A stretch of 64,000 nt of DNA from Eledone cirrhosa (GCA_964016885.1 OZ024743.1:129952001-130016000), one strand, 5' to 3'; positions 30,001-46,779 are shown, counted from the first letter of the stretch. Notes: generated by a model from the letters alone, not told the origin. Program-made: numbers and translations.

Positions 30001-33000
30001 AAACACCAAACAGCAAGCACCAAGCACCAAGCACCAAGCACCAAGCACCAAACACCAAACACCAAGCACCAAGCACCAAGCACAAAACATCAAGCACCAA
30101 GCACCAAGAACCAAGCACCAAGCACCAAACACCAAGCACCAAGCAAGAAGCACCAAACACCAAGCCCCAAGCTCCAAGCACCAAACAACAAGAACCAAGC
30201 ACCAAGCACCAAACACCAATCACCAAGCAGCAAACACCAAGCACCAAGCACCAAGCACCAAGTACCAAACACCAAATGCCAAACACCAAACACCACGCAC
30301 CAGGCACCAAACACCAAGCACCAAGCGCCAAAGACCAAACACCAAGCACCAAGCACCAAGCACCAAACACGAACCAGCAAACATCAAGCAGCAAACACCA
30401 AACAGCAAACGCCAAACATCAAACGCCGAACACCAAACGCCAATCCTCAAACACCAAGCACCAAGCACCAAACACCAATCACCAAGCATCAAACACCATA
30501 CACCAAGCACCAATCACCAAGCACCAAGCACCAAGCACCAAGCACCAAGCATCAAACACCAAGCACCTAGCACCAAGTACAAACACCAAGCATCAAACAC
30601 CAAGCACCAGATACCAAGCACCAAGCACCAAGCACCAAGCACCAAACACCAAACACCAAGCACCAAGCACCAAGCACCAAGCACCAAACACCAAACACCA
30701 AACACCAAACAGCAAACACAAAACACCAAATAGCAAACACCAATCACCATACAGCAAACACCAAACACCAAACACCAAACAGCAAACACCAAACAACAAA
30801 TAGCAAACAGCAAACACCAAACACCAAGCACCAAGCACCAAACACCAAGCACCAAACACCAAACACCAAGCATCAAGCACCAAACAGCAAACACCAAGCA
30901 CCAAGCACCAAACACCAAGCACCAAGCCCCAAGCACCAAACACCAAACACCAAGCACCAAACACCAAACACCAAGCACCAAGCACCAAACACCAAGCACC
31001 AAACACCAAGCACCAAGCGCCAAACACCAAACACCAAGCACCAAGCACCAAACACCAAGCACCAAGCACCAATCACCAAACACCAGGCACCAAGCACCAA
31101 ACACCAAACACCAAGCACCAAGCACCAGACACCAAACACCAAGTACCAAGCACCAAGCACCAAACACCAAGCACCAAGCACCAAGCACCAAGCACCAAAC
31201 ACCAAACACCAAACACCAAACACCAAACACCAAACACCAAACACCAAACAGCAAACACCAAACACCAAACATGAAATACAAAACACCAAACAGCAAACAC
31301 CAAACAGCAAACACCAAACACAAAAACAGCAAACACCAAACAGCAAACACCAAACACCAAACACCAAACAGAAAATGCCAAACATCAAACGACAAACACC
31401 AAACGCCAAGCACCAAGCACCAAGCACCAAACACCAAGCACCACGCACCAAACACCAAATACCTAGCACCAAGAACCAAACACCAAGCACCAAGCACCAA
31501 ACACCAAGCACCAAGCACCAAGCACCAAGCACCAAGCACCAAATACCTAACACCAAGCATCAAGCACCACACATCAAACACCAAGCACCAAGCACCAAAC
31601 ACCAAACACCAAAGACCAGGCACCAAGCACCAATCACCAAGCACCAAGCACCAAGGAACAAACACCAAGCACCAAGCACCAAGCACCAAACAGCAAACAC
31701 AAACATCAAACACCAAACAGCAAACACCAAACACCAAACAGCAAACACCAAACACCAAACAGCAAACACCAAACACCAAACAGCAAACACCAAACAGCAA
31801 ACACCAAACAGCAAACAGCAAACACCAAACACCAAACACCAAACACCAAGCACCAAACACCAAGCACCAAGCAACAAGCACCAATCACCAAGCACCAAGC
31901 ACCAAACACCAAACACCAAGCACCAAGCACCAAACACCAAACACCAAACACCAAGCACCAAACACCAAACACCAAGCACCAAGCACCAAACACCAAACAC
32001 CACACACCAAGCACCAAGCACCAAACCCCAAGCACCAGACACCAAGCACCAATCAACAAACACCAAATACCAAGCACCAAGCACCAAACACCAAAAACCA
32101 AGCACCAAGCACAAAGCACCAAGCACCAAACACCAAATGCCAAACACCAAACACCAAGCACCAAGCACCAAACGCCAACCACCAAGCGCCAAAGACCAAA
32201 CACCAAGCACCAAGCACCAAACACCAAGCACCAAGCTCCGAGCACCAAACACCAAGCACCAAGCACCAATCACCAAATACCAAGCACCTAGCACCAAACA
32301 CCAAGCACCAAGCACCAAGCACCAAGCACCAAACACCAAGCACCAAGCACCAAACACCAAACACAAAACACCAAGTACCAAGCACCAAACACCAAACACC
32401 AAACACCAAGCACCAAGCACCAAACACCAAGCACCAAGCACCAAGCACCAAACAACAAGCACCAAGTACCAAGTACCTAACACCAAGCACCAAGCACCAA
32501 ACACCAAACGTCTAGCACTAAGCACCAAACACCAAGCACCACGCATAAAGCACCAAAAGCCAAGCACCAAGCACCAAGCACCAAACACCAAACAGCAAGC
32601 ACCAAGTACCACACATCAAACACCGAGCACCAAACACCAGGCCCAAACACCAAGCACCAATCACCAAGCACCAAGCACCAAGCAACAAACACAAAGCACC
32701 AATCACCAAGCACCGAGCACCAAGCACCAAGCACCAAGCACCAAACACCAAGCACCAAACATCAAACACCAAGCACCAAGCACCAATCACCAAACACCAA
32801 GCACCAAGCACCAAACACCAAACACCAAGTACCAAGCACAAAGCACCAAACACCAAGCACCAAGCAGCAAGCACCAAACACCAAACACCAAGCACCAAGC
32901 ACGAAACACGAAACACCAAGTACCAAGCACAAAGCACCAAACACCAAGCACCAAGCACCAAGCACCAAACACCAAACACCAAACACTAAACACCAAACAG

Positions 33001-36000
33001 CAAACACCAAACACCAAACACCAAATACAAAACACCAAACAGCAAACAGCAAACACCAAACAGCAAAAACCAAACACCAAACAGCAAACACCAAACAGCA
33101 AACACCAAACAACAAACACCAAACAGAAAATGCCAAACATCAAACGACAAACACCAAACGCCAAGCACCAAGCACCAAGCACCAAGCACAAAGCACCAAG
33201 CACCAAACACCAAGCACCAAGCACCAATCACCAAACACCAAGCACCACGCACACACCACAAAACACCAAACACCAAGCACCAAGCACCAAACCCCAAGCA
33301 CCAGACACCAAGCACCAATCAACAAACACCAAATACCAGGAACCAAGCACCAAACACCAAAAACCAAGCACCAAGCACAAAGCACCAAGCACCAAACACC
33401 AAATGCCAAACACCAAACACCAAGCACCAAGCACCAAACACCAAGCACCAAGCGCCAAAAACCAAACACCAAGCATCAAGCACCAAACACCAAGCACCAA
33501 GCCCCGAGCAACAAACACCAAGCACCAAGCACCAATCACCAAATACCAAGCACCTAGCACCAAACACCAAACACCAAGCACCAAGCACCAAACACCAAAC
33601 ACCAAGCACCAAGCACCAAACACCAAATACCAAGCACCAAGCACTAAACACCAAACACCAAGCACCAAGCACCAAGCACCAAGCACCAAGCACCAAACAC
33701 CAAGCACCAAGCACCAAGCACCAAACACCAAACACCAAACACCAAGCACCAAGCACCAAACACCAAGCACCAAGCACCAAGCACCAAACAACAAGCACCA
33801 AGCACCAAGTAGCTAACACCAAGCACCAAGTACCAAACACCAAACGCCTAGCACCAAGCACCAAACACCAAGCACCAAGCACAAAGCACCAAAAGCCAAG
33901 CACCAAGCACCAAGCACCAAACACCAAACAGCAAGCACCAAGTACCACACATCAAACACCAAGCACTAAACACCAAACACCAGGCCCAAACACCAAGCAC
34001 CAAACACCAAGTACCAAGCACCAAGCAACAAACACAAAGCACCAATCACCAAGCACCAAATACCAAACACCAAGCACCAAGCACCACACATCAAACACCA
34101 AACACCACACACCAAAAACCAAACAGCAAACACCAAACAGCAAACACCAAACACCAAATAGCAAACACCAAACAGCAAACACCAAACACCAAACAGCAAA
34201 CACCAAACACCAAACACCAAACAGCAAGCACCAAGCACCAAACACCAAACAGCAAGCACCAAGCACCAAACACCAAACAGCAAACAGCAAACAGCAAACA
34301 CCAAACACCAGACAGAAAATGCCAAACATCAAACGACAAACACCAAACGCCAAGCACCAAGCACCAAGCACCAAGCACAAAGCACCAAGCACCAGACACC
34401 AAGCACCAAGCACTAAGCACCAAACACCAAGCACCACGCACCAAACACCAAACACCAAACACCAAGCACCAAGCACCAAACCCCAAGCACCAGACACCAA
34501 GCACCAATCAACAAACACCAAATACCAAGCACCAAGCACCAGAAACCAAGCACCAAGCACAAAGCACCAAGCACCAAACACCAAATGCCAAACACCAAGC
34601 ACCAAGCACCAAACACCAAGCACCAAGAACCAAACACCAAGCACCAAGCACCAAGCACCAAACACCAAACACCAAAGACCAGGCACCAAGCACCAAGCAC
34701 CAAGGAACAAACACCAAGCACCAACCACCAAGCACCAAACAGCAAACACAAACAGCAAACACCAAACAGCAAACACCAAACACCAAACAGCAAACACCAA
34801 ACACCAAACAGCAAACACCAAACACCAAACAGCAAACACCAAACACCAAACACCAAGCACCGAGCACCAAACACCAATCACCAAGCACCAAACACCAAAC
34901 ACCAAGCACCAATCACCAAGCACCAAGCACCAAGCACCAAACACCAAACACCAAGCACCAAGCACTAAACACCAAACACAAAGCACCAAGCACCAAGCAC
35001 CAAACACCAAGCACCAAGCACCAAGCACCAATCACCAAACACCAAGCACGAAACATCAAGCACCAAACACCAAGCACCAAGCACCAAACACCAAACACCA
35101 TTCACCAAGCACCAAACACCAAGAACCAAGCACCAAGCACTAAACACCAAACACCAAGCACCAAGCACCAAACACCAAACACCAAGCACCAAGCACCAAA
35201 CACCAAACACCAAACCTCAAGCACCAAGCACCAAACCCCAAGCACCAAACGCCAAGCACCAATCAACAAACACCAAACACCAAGCACCAAGCACCAAACA
35301 CCAAAAACCAAGCACCAAGCACAAAGCACCAAGCACCAAACACCAAGCACCAAGCGCCAAAGACCAAACACCAAGCACCAAGCACCAAACACCAAACACC
35401 AAGCACCAAGCACCAAACACCAAATACCAAGCACCAAGCACTAAACACCAAACACCAAGCACCAAGCGTCAAGCACCAAGCACCAAACACCAAGCACCAA
35501 GCACCAAACACCAAACACAAAACACCAAGTACCAAGCACCAAGCACCAAACATCAAGCATCAAGCACCAAGCACCAAACACAAAGCACCAAGCACCAAGC
35601 ACCAAACACCTAGCACCAAGTGACAAACACCAAGCACCAAGCACCAAGCGCCAAACACCAAACACCAAGCACCAAGCACCAAACACCAAGCACAAAGCAC
35701 CAATCACCAAACACCAAGCACCAAGCACCAAACACCAAACACCAAGCACCAAGTACCAAGCACCAAACACCAAACACCAAACACCAAACAGCAAACACCA
35801 AACACCAAACATCAAATACAAAACACCAAACAGCAAACACCAAACAGCAAACACCAAACACCACACACCAAACACCAAACAGCAAACACCAAACCGGAAA
35901 CACCAACCACCAAATAGCAAACACCAAACAGCAAACACCAAACACCAAACAACAAACACCAAACACCAAACACCAAACACCAAGCACCAAGCACCAAACA

Positions 36001-39000
36001 CCAAACAGCAAGCACCAAGCACCAAGCACCAAGCACCAAGCACAAAACATCAAGCACCAAGCACCAAGAACCAAGCACCAAGCACCAAACACCAAACACC
36101 AAGCACCAAACACAAAACACCAGGCACCAAGCACCAAACCCCAAACACCAAGCACCAAGAACCAAACACCAAGCACCAAGCACCAAGCACCAAGCACCAA
36201 ACACCAAACACCAAGCACCAAGCAAGAAGCACCAAACACCAAGCCCCAAGCACCAAGCACCAAACAACAAGAACCAAGCACCAAGCACCAAACACCAAGC
36301 ACCAAGCACCAAACACCAATCACCAAGCACCAAGCACCAATCACCAAACACCAAAAACCAAGCACCAAGCACCAAGTACAAAACACCAAATGCCAAACAC
36401 CAAACACCAAGCACCAGGCACCAAACACCAAGCACCAATCGCCAAAGACCAAACACCAAGCACCAAGCACCAAGCACCAAACACTAAACAGCAAACACCA
36501 AACAGCAAACACCAAACACCAAACACGAACCAGCAAACACCAAGCACCAAACACCAAACAGCAAACGCCAAACAGCAAACACCAAGCACCAAGCACCAAA
36601 CACCAATCACCAAGCATCAAACACCAAACACCAAGCACCAATCACCAAGCACCAAGCACCAAGCACCAAGCACCAATCACCAAGCATCAAACACCAAGCA
36701 CCTAGCACCAAGTACAAACACCAAGCACCAAACACCAAGCACCAGATACCAAGCACCAAGCACCAAGCACCAAGCACCAAACACCAAACACCTAGCACCA
36801 AGAACCAAACACCAAACACCAAGCACCAAGCACCAAGCACCAAGCACCAAACACCAAGCACCAAGCAAGAAGCACCAAACACCAAGCCCCAAGCTCCAAG
36901 CACCAAACAACAAGAACCAAGCACCAAGCACCAAACACCAATCACCAAGCAGCAAACACCAAGCACCAAGCACCAAGCACCAATCACCAAACACCAAAAA
37001 CCAAGCACCAAGCACCAAGTACCAAACACCAAATGCCAAACACCAAACACCACGCACCAGGCACCAAACACCAAGCACCAAGCGCCAAAGACCAAACACC
37101 AAGCACCAAGCACCAAGCACCAAACACTAAACAGCAAACACCAAACAGCAAACACCAAACACCAAACACGAACCAGCAAACATCAAGCAGCAAACACCAA
37201 ACAGCAAACGCCAAACATCAAACGCCGAACACCAAACGCCAAACCGCAAACACCAAGCACCAAGCACCAAACACCAATCACCAAGCATCAAACACCATAC
37301 ACCAAGCACCAATCACCAAGCACCAAGCACCAAGCACCAAGCACCAAGCATCAAACACCAAGCACCTAGCACCAAGTACAAACACCAAGCACCAAACACC
37401 AAGCACCAGATACCAAGCACCAAGCACCAAGCACCAAGCACCAAACACCAAACACCAAGCACCAAGCACCAAGCACCAAGCACCAAACACCAAACACCAA
37501 ACACCAAACAGCAAACACAAAACACCAAATAGCAAACACCAATCACCAAACAGCAAACACCAAACACCAAACACCAAACAGCAAACACCAAACAACAAAT
37601 AGCAAACAGCAAACACCAAACACCAAGCACCAAGCACCAAACACCAAGCACCAAACACCAAACACCAAGCATCAAGCACCAAACAGCAAACACCAAGCAC
37701 CAAGCACCAAACACCAAGCACCAAGCCCCAAGCACCAAACACCAAACACCAAGCACCAAACACCAAACACCAAGCACCAAGCACCAAACACCAAGCACCA
37801 AACACCAAGCACCAAGCGCCAAACACCAAACACCAAGCACCAAGCACCAAACACCAAGCACCAAGCACCGATCACCAAACACCAGGCACCAAGCACCAAA
37901 CACCAAACACCAAGCACCAAGCACCAGACACCAAACACCAAGTACCAAGCACCAAGCACCAAACACCAAGCACCAAGCACCAAGCACCAAGCACCAAACA
38001 CCAAACACCAAACACCAAACACCAAACACCAAACACCAAACACCAAACAGCAAACACCAAACACCAAACATGAAATACAAAACACCAAACAGCAAACACC
38101 AAACAGCAAACACCAAACACAAAAACAGCAAACACCAAACAGCAAACACCAAACACCAAACACCAAACAGAAAATGCCAAACATCAAACGACAAACACCA
38201 AACGCCAAGCACCAAGCACCAAGCACCAAACACCAAGCACCACGCACCAAACACCAAATACCTAGCACCAAGAACCAAACACCAAGCACCAAGCACCAAA
38301 CACCAAGCACCAAGCACCAAGCACCAAGCACCAAGCACCAAATACCTAACACCAAGCATCAAGCACCACACATCAAACACCAAGCACCAAGCACCAAACA
38401 CCAAACACCAAAGACCAGGCACCAAGCACCAATCACCAAGCACCAAGCACCAAGGAACAAACACCAAGCACCAAGCACCAAGCACCAAACAGCAAACACA
38501 AACAGCAAACACCAAACAGCAAACACCAAACACCAAACAGCAAACACCAAACACCAAACAGCAAACACCAAACACCAAACAGCAAACACCAAACAGCAAA
38601 CACCAAACAGCAAACAGCAAACACCAAACACCAAACACCAAACACCAAGCACCAAACACCAAGCACCAAGCAACAAGCACCAATCACCAAGCACCAAGCA
38701 CCAAACACCAAACACCAAGCACCAAGCACCAAACACCAAACACCAAACAGCGAGCACCAAACACCAATCACCAAGCACCAAACACCAAACACCAAACACC
38801 AAACACCAAACACCAAGCACCAAACACCAAAAACCAAGCACCAAACACCAAGCACCAAGCGCCAAACACCAAACACCAAGCACCAAGCACCAAACACCAA
38901 GCACAAAGCACCAATCACCAAACACCAAGCACCAAGCACCAAACACCAAACACCAAGCACCAAGCACCAAACACCAAACAACAAGTACGAAGCACAAGCA

Positions 39001-42000
39001 CCAAACACCAAGCACCAAGCACCAAGCACCAAACACCAAACACCAAACACCAAACAGCAAACACCAAACACCAAACATCAAATACAAAACACCAAACAGC
39101 AAACACCAAACAGCAAACACCAAACACCAAACAGCAAACACCAAACAGCAAACACCAAACACCAAATACCAAACAGAAAATGCCAAACATCAAACGACAA
39201 ACACCAAACGCCAAGCACCAAGCACCAAGCACCAAGCACAAAGCACCAAGCACCAAACACCAAGCACCAAGCACCAAGCACCAAACACCAAGCACCACGC
39301 ACCAAACACCAAACACCAAACACCAAGCTCCAAGCACCAAACCCCAAGCACCAGACACCAAGCACCAATCAACAAACACCAAATACCAAGCACCAAGCAC
39401 CAAAAACCAAGCACCAAGCACAAAGCACCAAGCACCAAACACCAAATGCCAAACACCAAACACCAAGCACCAAGCACCAATCACCAAGCACCAAGCGCCA
39501 AAGACCAAGCACCAAGCACCAAGCACCAAACACCAAGCACCAAGCTCCGAGCACCAAACACCAAGCACCAAGCACCAAGCACCAAATACCAAGCACCTAG
39601 CACCAAACACCAAACACCAAGCACCAAGCGCCAAAGACCAAGCACCAAGCACCAAGCACCAAACACCAAGAACCAAGCACCAAGCACTAAACACCAAACA
39701 CCAAGCACCAAGCACCAAACACCAAACACCAAGCACCAAGCACCAAACACCAAACACCACACACCAAGCACCAAGCACCAAACCCCAAGCACCAGACACC
39801 AAGCACCAATCAACAAACACCAAATACCAAGCACCAAGCACCAAACACCAAAAACCAAGCACCAAGCACAAAGCACCAAGCACCAAACACCAAATGCCAA
39901 ACACCAAACACCAAGCACCAAGCACCAAACGCCAAGCACCAAGCGCCAAAGACCAAACACCAAGCACCAAGCACCAAACACCAAGCACCAAGCTCCGAGC
40001 ACCAAACACCAAGCACCAAGCACCAATCACCAAATACCAAGCACCTAGCACCAAACACCAAGCACCAAGCACCAAGCACCAAGCACCAAACACCAAGCAC
40101 CAAGCACCAAACACCAAACACAAAACACCAAGTACCAAGCACCAAACACCAAACACCAAACACCAAGCACCAAGCACCAAACACCAAGCACCAAGCACCA
40201 AGCACCAAACAACAAGCACCAAGTACCAAGTACCTAACACCAAGCACCAAGCACCAAACACCAAACGTCTAGCACTAAGCACCAAACACCAAGAACCACG
40301 CATAAAGCACCAAAAGCCAAGCACCAAGCACCAAGCACCAAACACCAAACAGCAAGCACCAAGTACCACACATCAAACACCGAGCACCAAACACCAGGCC
40401 CAAACACCAAGCACCAATCACCAAGCACCAAGCACCAAGCAACAAACACAAAGCACCAATCACCAAGCACCGAGCACCAAGCACCAAGCACCAAGCACCA
40501 AGCACAAAGCACCAAGCACCAAACACCAAGCACCAAGCACCAATCACCAAACACCAAGCACCAATCAACAAACACCAAATACCAGGAACCAAGCACCAAA
40601 CACCAAAAACCAAGCACCAAACACCAAATGCCAAACACCAAACACCAAGCACCAAGCACCAAACACCAAGCACCAAGCGCCAACCAAACACCAAGCATCA
40701 AGCACCAAACACCAAGCACCAAGCCCCGAGCAACAAACACCAAGCACCAAGCACCAATCACCAAATACCAAGCACCTAGCACCAAACACCAAACACCAAG
40801 CACCAAGCACCAAACACCAAACACCAAGCACCAAGCACCAAACACCAAATACCAAGCACCAAGCACTAAACACCAAACACCAAGCACCAAGCACCAAGCA
40901 CCAAGCACCAAGCACCAAACACCAAGCACCAAGCACCAAACACCAAACACAAAACACCAAGTACCAAGCACCAAACACCAAACACCAAACACCATGCACC
41001 AAGCACCAAACACCAAGCACCAAGCACCAAGCACCAAACAACAAGCACCAAGCACCAAGTAGCTAACACCAAGCACCAAGTACCAAACACCAAACACCTA
41101 GCACCAAGCACCAAACACCAAGCACCAAGCACAAAGCACCAAAAGCCAAGCACCAAGCACCAAGCACCAAACACCAAACAGCAAGCACCAAGTACCACAC
41201 ATCAAACACCAAGCACTAAACACCAAACACCAGGCCCAAACACCAAGCACCAAACACCAAGTACCAAGCACCAAGCAACAAACACAAAGCACCAATCACC
41301 AAGCACCAAATACCAAACACAAAGCACCAAGCACCACACATCAAACACCAAACACCACACACCAAAAACCAAACAGCAAACACCAAACAGCAAACACCAA
41401 ACACCAAATAGCAAACACCAAACAGCAAACACCAAACACCAAACAGCAAACACCAAACACCAAACACCAAACAGCAAGCACCAAGCACCAAACACCAAAC
41501 AGCAAGCACCAAGCACCAAACACCAAACAGCAAACAGCAAACAGCAAACACCAAACACCAGACAGAAAATGCCAAACATCAAACGACAAACACCAAACGC
41601 CAAGCACCAAGCACCAAGCACCAAGCACAAAGCACCAAGCACCAGACACCAAGCACCAAGCACTAAGCACCAAACACCAAGCACCACGCACCAAACACCA
41701 AACACCAAACACCAAGCACCAAGCACCAAACCCCAAGCACCAGACACCAAGCACCAATCAACAAACACCAAATACCAAGCACCAAGCACCAGAAACCAAG
41801 CACCAAGCACAAAGCACCAAGCACCAAACACCAAATGCCAAACACCAAACACCAAGCACCAAGCACCAAACACCAAGCACCAAGAACCAAACACCAAGCA
41901 CCAAGCACCAAGCACCAAACACCAAACACCAAAGACCAGGCACCAAGCACCAAGCACCAAGGAACAAACACCAAGCACCAACCACCAAGCACCAAACAGC

Positions 42001-43960
42001 AAACACAAACAGCAAACACCAAACAGCAAACACCAAACACCAAACAGCAAACACCAAACACCAAACAGCAAACACCAAACACCAAACAGCAAACACCAAA
42101 CACTAAACACCAAGCACCGAGCACCAAACACCAATCACCAAGCACCAAACACCAAACACCAAGCACCAATCACCAAGCACCAAGCACCAAGCACCAAACA
42201 CCAAACACCAAGCACCAAGCACTAAACACCAAACACAAAGCACCAAGCACCAAGCACCAAACACCAAGCACCAAGCACCAAGCACCAATCACCAAACACC
42301 AAGCACGAAACATCAAGCACCAAACACCAAGCACCAAGCACCAAACACCAAACACCATTCACCAAGCACCAAACACCAAGAACCAAGCACCAAGCACTAA
42401 ACACCAAACACCAAGCACCAAGCACCAAACACCAAACACCAAGCACCAAGCACCAAACACCAAACACCAAACATCAAGCACCAAGCACCAAACCCCAAGC
42501 ACCAAACGCCAAGCACCAATCAACAAACACCAAACACCAAGCACCAAGCACCAAACACCAAAAACCAAGCACCAAGCACAAAGCACCAAGCACCAAACAC
42601 CAAGCACCAAGCGCCAAAGACCAAACACCAAGCACCAAGCACCAAACACCAAACACCAAGCACCAAGCACCAAACACCAAATACCAAGCACCAAGCACTA
42701 AACACCAAACACCAAGCACCAAGCGTCAAGCACCAAGCACCAAACACCAAGCACCAAGCACCAAACACCAAACACAAAACACCAAGTACCAAGCACCAAG
42801 CACCAAACATCAAGCATCAAGCACCAAGCACCAAACACAAAGCACCAAGCACCAAGCACCAAACACCTAGCACCAAGTGACAAACACCAAGCACCAAGCA
42901 CCAAGCACCAAACACCAAGAACCAAGCACCAAGCACCAAGCACCAAATACCAAACACCAAGCACCAAGCACCACACATCAAACACCAAACACCACACACC
43001 AAACACCAAACAGCAAACACCAAACCGGAAACACCAACCACCAAATAGCAAACACCAAACAGCAAACACCAAACACCAAACAACAAACACCAAACACCAA
43101 ACACCAAACACCAAGCACCAAGCACCAAACACCAAACAGCAAGCACCAAGCACCAAGCACCAAGCACCAAGCACCAAACACCAAACACCAAGCACCAAGC
43201 ACCAAGCACAAAACATCAAGCACCAAGCACCAAGAACCAAGCACCAAGCACCAAACACCAAACACCAAGCACCAAACACAAAACACCAGGCACCAAGCAC
43301 CAAACACCAAACACCAAGCACCAAGAAGCAAACACCAAGCACCAAGCACCAAGCACCAAGCACCAAACACCAAACACCAAGCACCAAGCAAGAAGCACCA
43401 AACACCAAGCCCCAAGCACCAAGCACCAAACAACAAGAACCAAGCACCAAGCACCAAACACCAAGCACCAAGCACCAAACACCAATCACCAAGCACCAAG
43501 CACCAATCACCAAACACCAAAAACCAAGCACCAAGCACCAAGTACAAAACACCAAATGCCAAACACCAAACACCAAGCACCAGGCACCAAACACCAAGCA
43601 CCAATCGCCAAAGACCAAACACCAAGCACCAAGCACCAAGCACCAAACACTAAACAGCAAACACCAAACAGCAAACACCAAACACCAAACACGAACCAGC
43701 AAACACCAAGCACCAAACACCAAACAGCAAACGCCAAACAGCAAACACCAAGCACCAAGCACCAAACACCAATCACCAAGCATCAAACACCAAACACCAA
43801 GCACCAATCACCAAGCACCAAGCACCAAGCACCAAGCACCAATCACCAAGCATCAAACACCAAGCACCTAGCACCAAGTACAAACTCCAAGCACCAAACA
43901 CCAAGCACCAGATACCAAGCACCAAGCACCAAGCACCAAGCACCAAACACCAAACACCTA
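22860..43960 (+). repeat. Three imperfect ~6.5-7.3 kb super-units, with closer ~14 kb similarity between the first and third
   Basis: Marker CAAGAAG-CACCAAA-CACCAAG-CCCCAAG-CTCCAAG at 22869, 30144 and 36866. CATGAAA at ~24072, ~31270, ~38069. ORF offsets 13997 (23130/37127), 14066 (25415/39481), 13622 (27947/41569) and 7250-7257 (33966/41216, 34913/42170). Confidence 0.85.
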
Positions 43961-44159
43961 GCACCAAGCACCAAACACCAAACACCAAGCACCAAGCACC
44001 AAGCACCAAGCACCAAACACCAAACACCAAACACCAATCACCAAACAGCAAACAGCAAACACCAAACACCAAACAGCAAACACCAAACACCAAATAGCAA
44101 ACACCAAACAGCAAACAGGAAACACCAAACACCAAGCACCAAGCACCAAACACCAAGCA

Positions 44160-44345
44160 CCAAACACCAAACACCAAGCATCAAGCACCAAACAGCAAAC
44201 ACCAAGCACCAAGCACCAAACACCAAGCACCAAGCCCCAAGCACCAAACACCAAACACCAAGCATCAAGCACCAAACAGCAAACACCAAGCACCAAGCAC
44301 CAAACACCAAGCACCAAGCCCCAAGCACCAAACACCAAACACCAA
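44160..44345 (+). repeat. Local tandem duplication, 84 bp (12 units)
   Basis: CATCAAG-CACCAAA-CAGCAAA...CCCCAAG occurs at 44179 and 44263. It is single in the homologous segments near 16321 and 21071. Confidence 0.85.
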
Positions 44346-46779
44346 GCACCAAACACCAAACACCAAGCACCAAGCCCCAAACACCAAGCACCAAACACCA
44401 AGCAACAAGCGCCAAACACCAAACACCAAGCACCAAGCACCAAACACCAAGCACCAAGCACCAATCACCAAACACCAAGCACCAAGCACCAAACACCAAA
44501 CACCAAGCACCAAGCACCAAACACCAAACACCAAGTACCAAGCACCAAGCACCAAACACCAAGCACCAAGCACCAAGCACCAAGCACCAAACACCAAACA
44601 CCAAACACCATACAGCAAACACCAAACACCAAACACCAAACACCAAACAGCAAACACCAAACACCAAACATCAAATACAAAACACCAAACAGCAAACACC
44701 AAACAGCAAACACCAAACACCAAACAGCAAACACCAAACAGCAAACACCAAACACCAAACACCAAACAGAAAATGCCAAACATCAAACGACAAACACCAA
44801 ACGCCAAGCACCAAGCACCAAGCACCAAGCACAAAGCACCAAGCACCAAACACCAAGCACCAAGCACCAAGCACCAAACACCAAGCACCAAGCACCAAAT
44901 ACCAAACACCAAGCACCAAGCACCACACATCAAACACCAAGCACCAAGCACCAAACACCAAACACCAAAGACCAGGCACCAAGCACCAATCACCAATCAC
45001 CAAGCACCAAGGAACAAACACCAAGCACCAAGCACCAAGCACCAAACAGCAAACACAAACACAAAACACAAAGTAACAAGCACCAAACACCAAACACCAA
45101 ACACCAAGCACCAAGCACCAAGCACCAAACACAAACACAAAACACAAAGTAACAAGCACCAAACACCAAACACCAAACACCAAGCACCAAGCACCAAGCA
45201 CCAAACACCAAACACCAAACAGCAAACACCAAACACCAAACAGTAAACACCAAACACCAAACAGCAAACACCAAACTGCAAACACCAAACACAAAATAGC
45301 AAATACCAAACAGCAAACACCAAACACCAAAGAGCAAACACCAAACACCAAACACCAAGCACCAAACACCAAACACCAAACACAAAACAGCAAGCACCAA
45401 GCACCAAGCACCAAACACCAGACACCAAGCCCCAAGCACCAAACACCAAACACCAAGCACCAAGCACCAAGCACCAAGCACCAAACACCAAACACCAAGC
45501 ACCAAACACCAAACACGAAGCACCAAGCACCAAACACCAAACACCAAGCACGAAGCACCAATCATCAAGCACCAAGCACCAAACACCAAGCACCAGGCAC
45601 CAGACACCAAACACCAAACACCAAGCACCAAACACCAAACACCAAACACCAAGCACCAAGCACCAAGCACCAAACACCAAACACCAAACACCAAGCACCA
45701 AACACAAACACAAAACACAAAGTAACAAGCACCAAACACCAAACACCAAACACCAAGCACCAAGCACCAAGCACCAAACACCAAACACCAAACAGCAAAC
45801 ACCAAACACCAAACAGTAAACACCAAACACCAAACAGCAAACACCAAATAGCAAACACAAAACAGCAAACAGCAAACACCAAATACCAAACACCAAACAC
45901 CAAGCACCAAACACCAAGCACCAAGCAACAAGCACCAATCACCAAGCACCAAGCACCAAACACCAAACACCAAGCACCAAGCACCAAACACCAAACACCA
46001 AACACCGAGCACCAAACACCAATCACCAAGCACCAAACACCAAACACCAAGCACCAAACACCAAGCACCAAACACCAAAAACCAAGCACCAAGCACAAAG
46101 CACCAAGCACCAAACACCAAACGCCAAACACCAAACACCAAGCACCAAGCACCAAACACCAAACACCAAGCACCAAGCACCAAGCACCAAGCACCAAACA
46201 CCAAGCACCAAGCACCAAACGCCAAACACAAAACACAAAGTAACAAGCACCAAACACCAAACACCAAACACCAAGCACCAAGCACCAAGCACCAAACACC
46301 AAACACCAAACACCAAGCACCAAGCACCAAACACCAAGTACCAAGCACCAAGCACCAAACATCAAGCATCAAGGACCAAGCACCAAACACAAAGCACCAA
46401 GCACCAAGCACCAAACACCTAGCACCAAGTACCAAACACCAAGCACCAAGCACCAAGCACCAAACACCAAGAACCAAGCACCAAGCACCAAGCACCAAAT
46501 ACCAAACACCAAGCACCAAGCACCACACATCAAACACCAAACACCACACACCAAACACCAAGCACCAATCACCAAGCACCAAGCACCAAGCACCAAGCAC
46601 CAAACACCAAACACCTAGCACCAAGCACCAAACACCAAACACCAAGCACCAAGCACCAAGCACCAAGCACCAAACACCAAACACCAGACACCAATCACCA
46701 AACAGCAAACACCAAACACCAAATAGCAAACACCAAACAGCAAACAGGAAACACCAAACACCAAGCACCAAGCACCAAA

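Noticed and set aside
38070-41066. 998-aa + strand ORF and all other QAPSTKH/QTPNTKH ORFs, as mucin-like or disordered proteins
   Set aside because: The + strand has almost no T, so stops are rare by composition. The same peptide appears in all three frames, there are no unique termini or domains, and the ATGs are just variant units.
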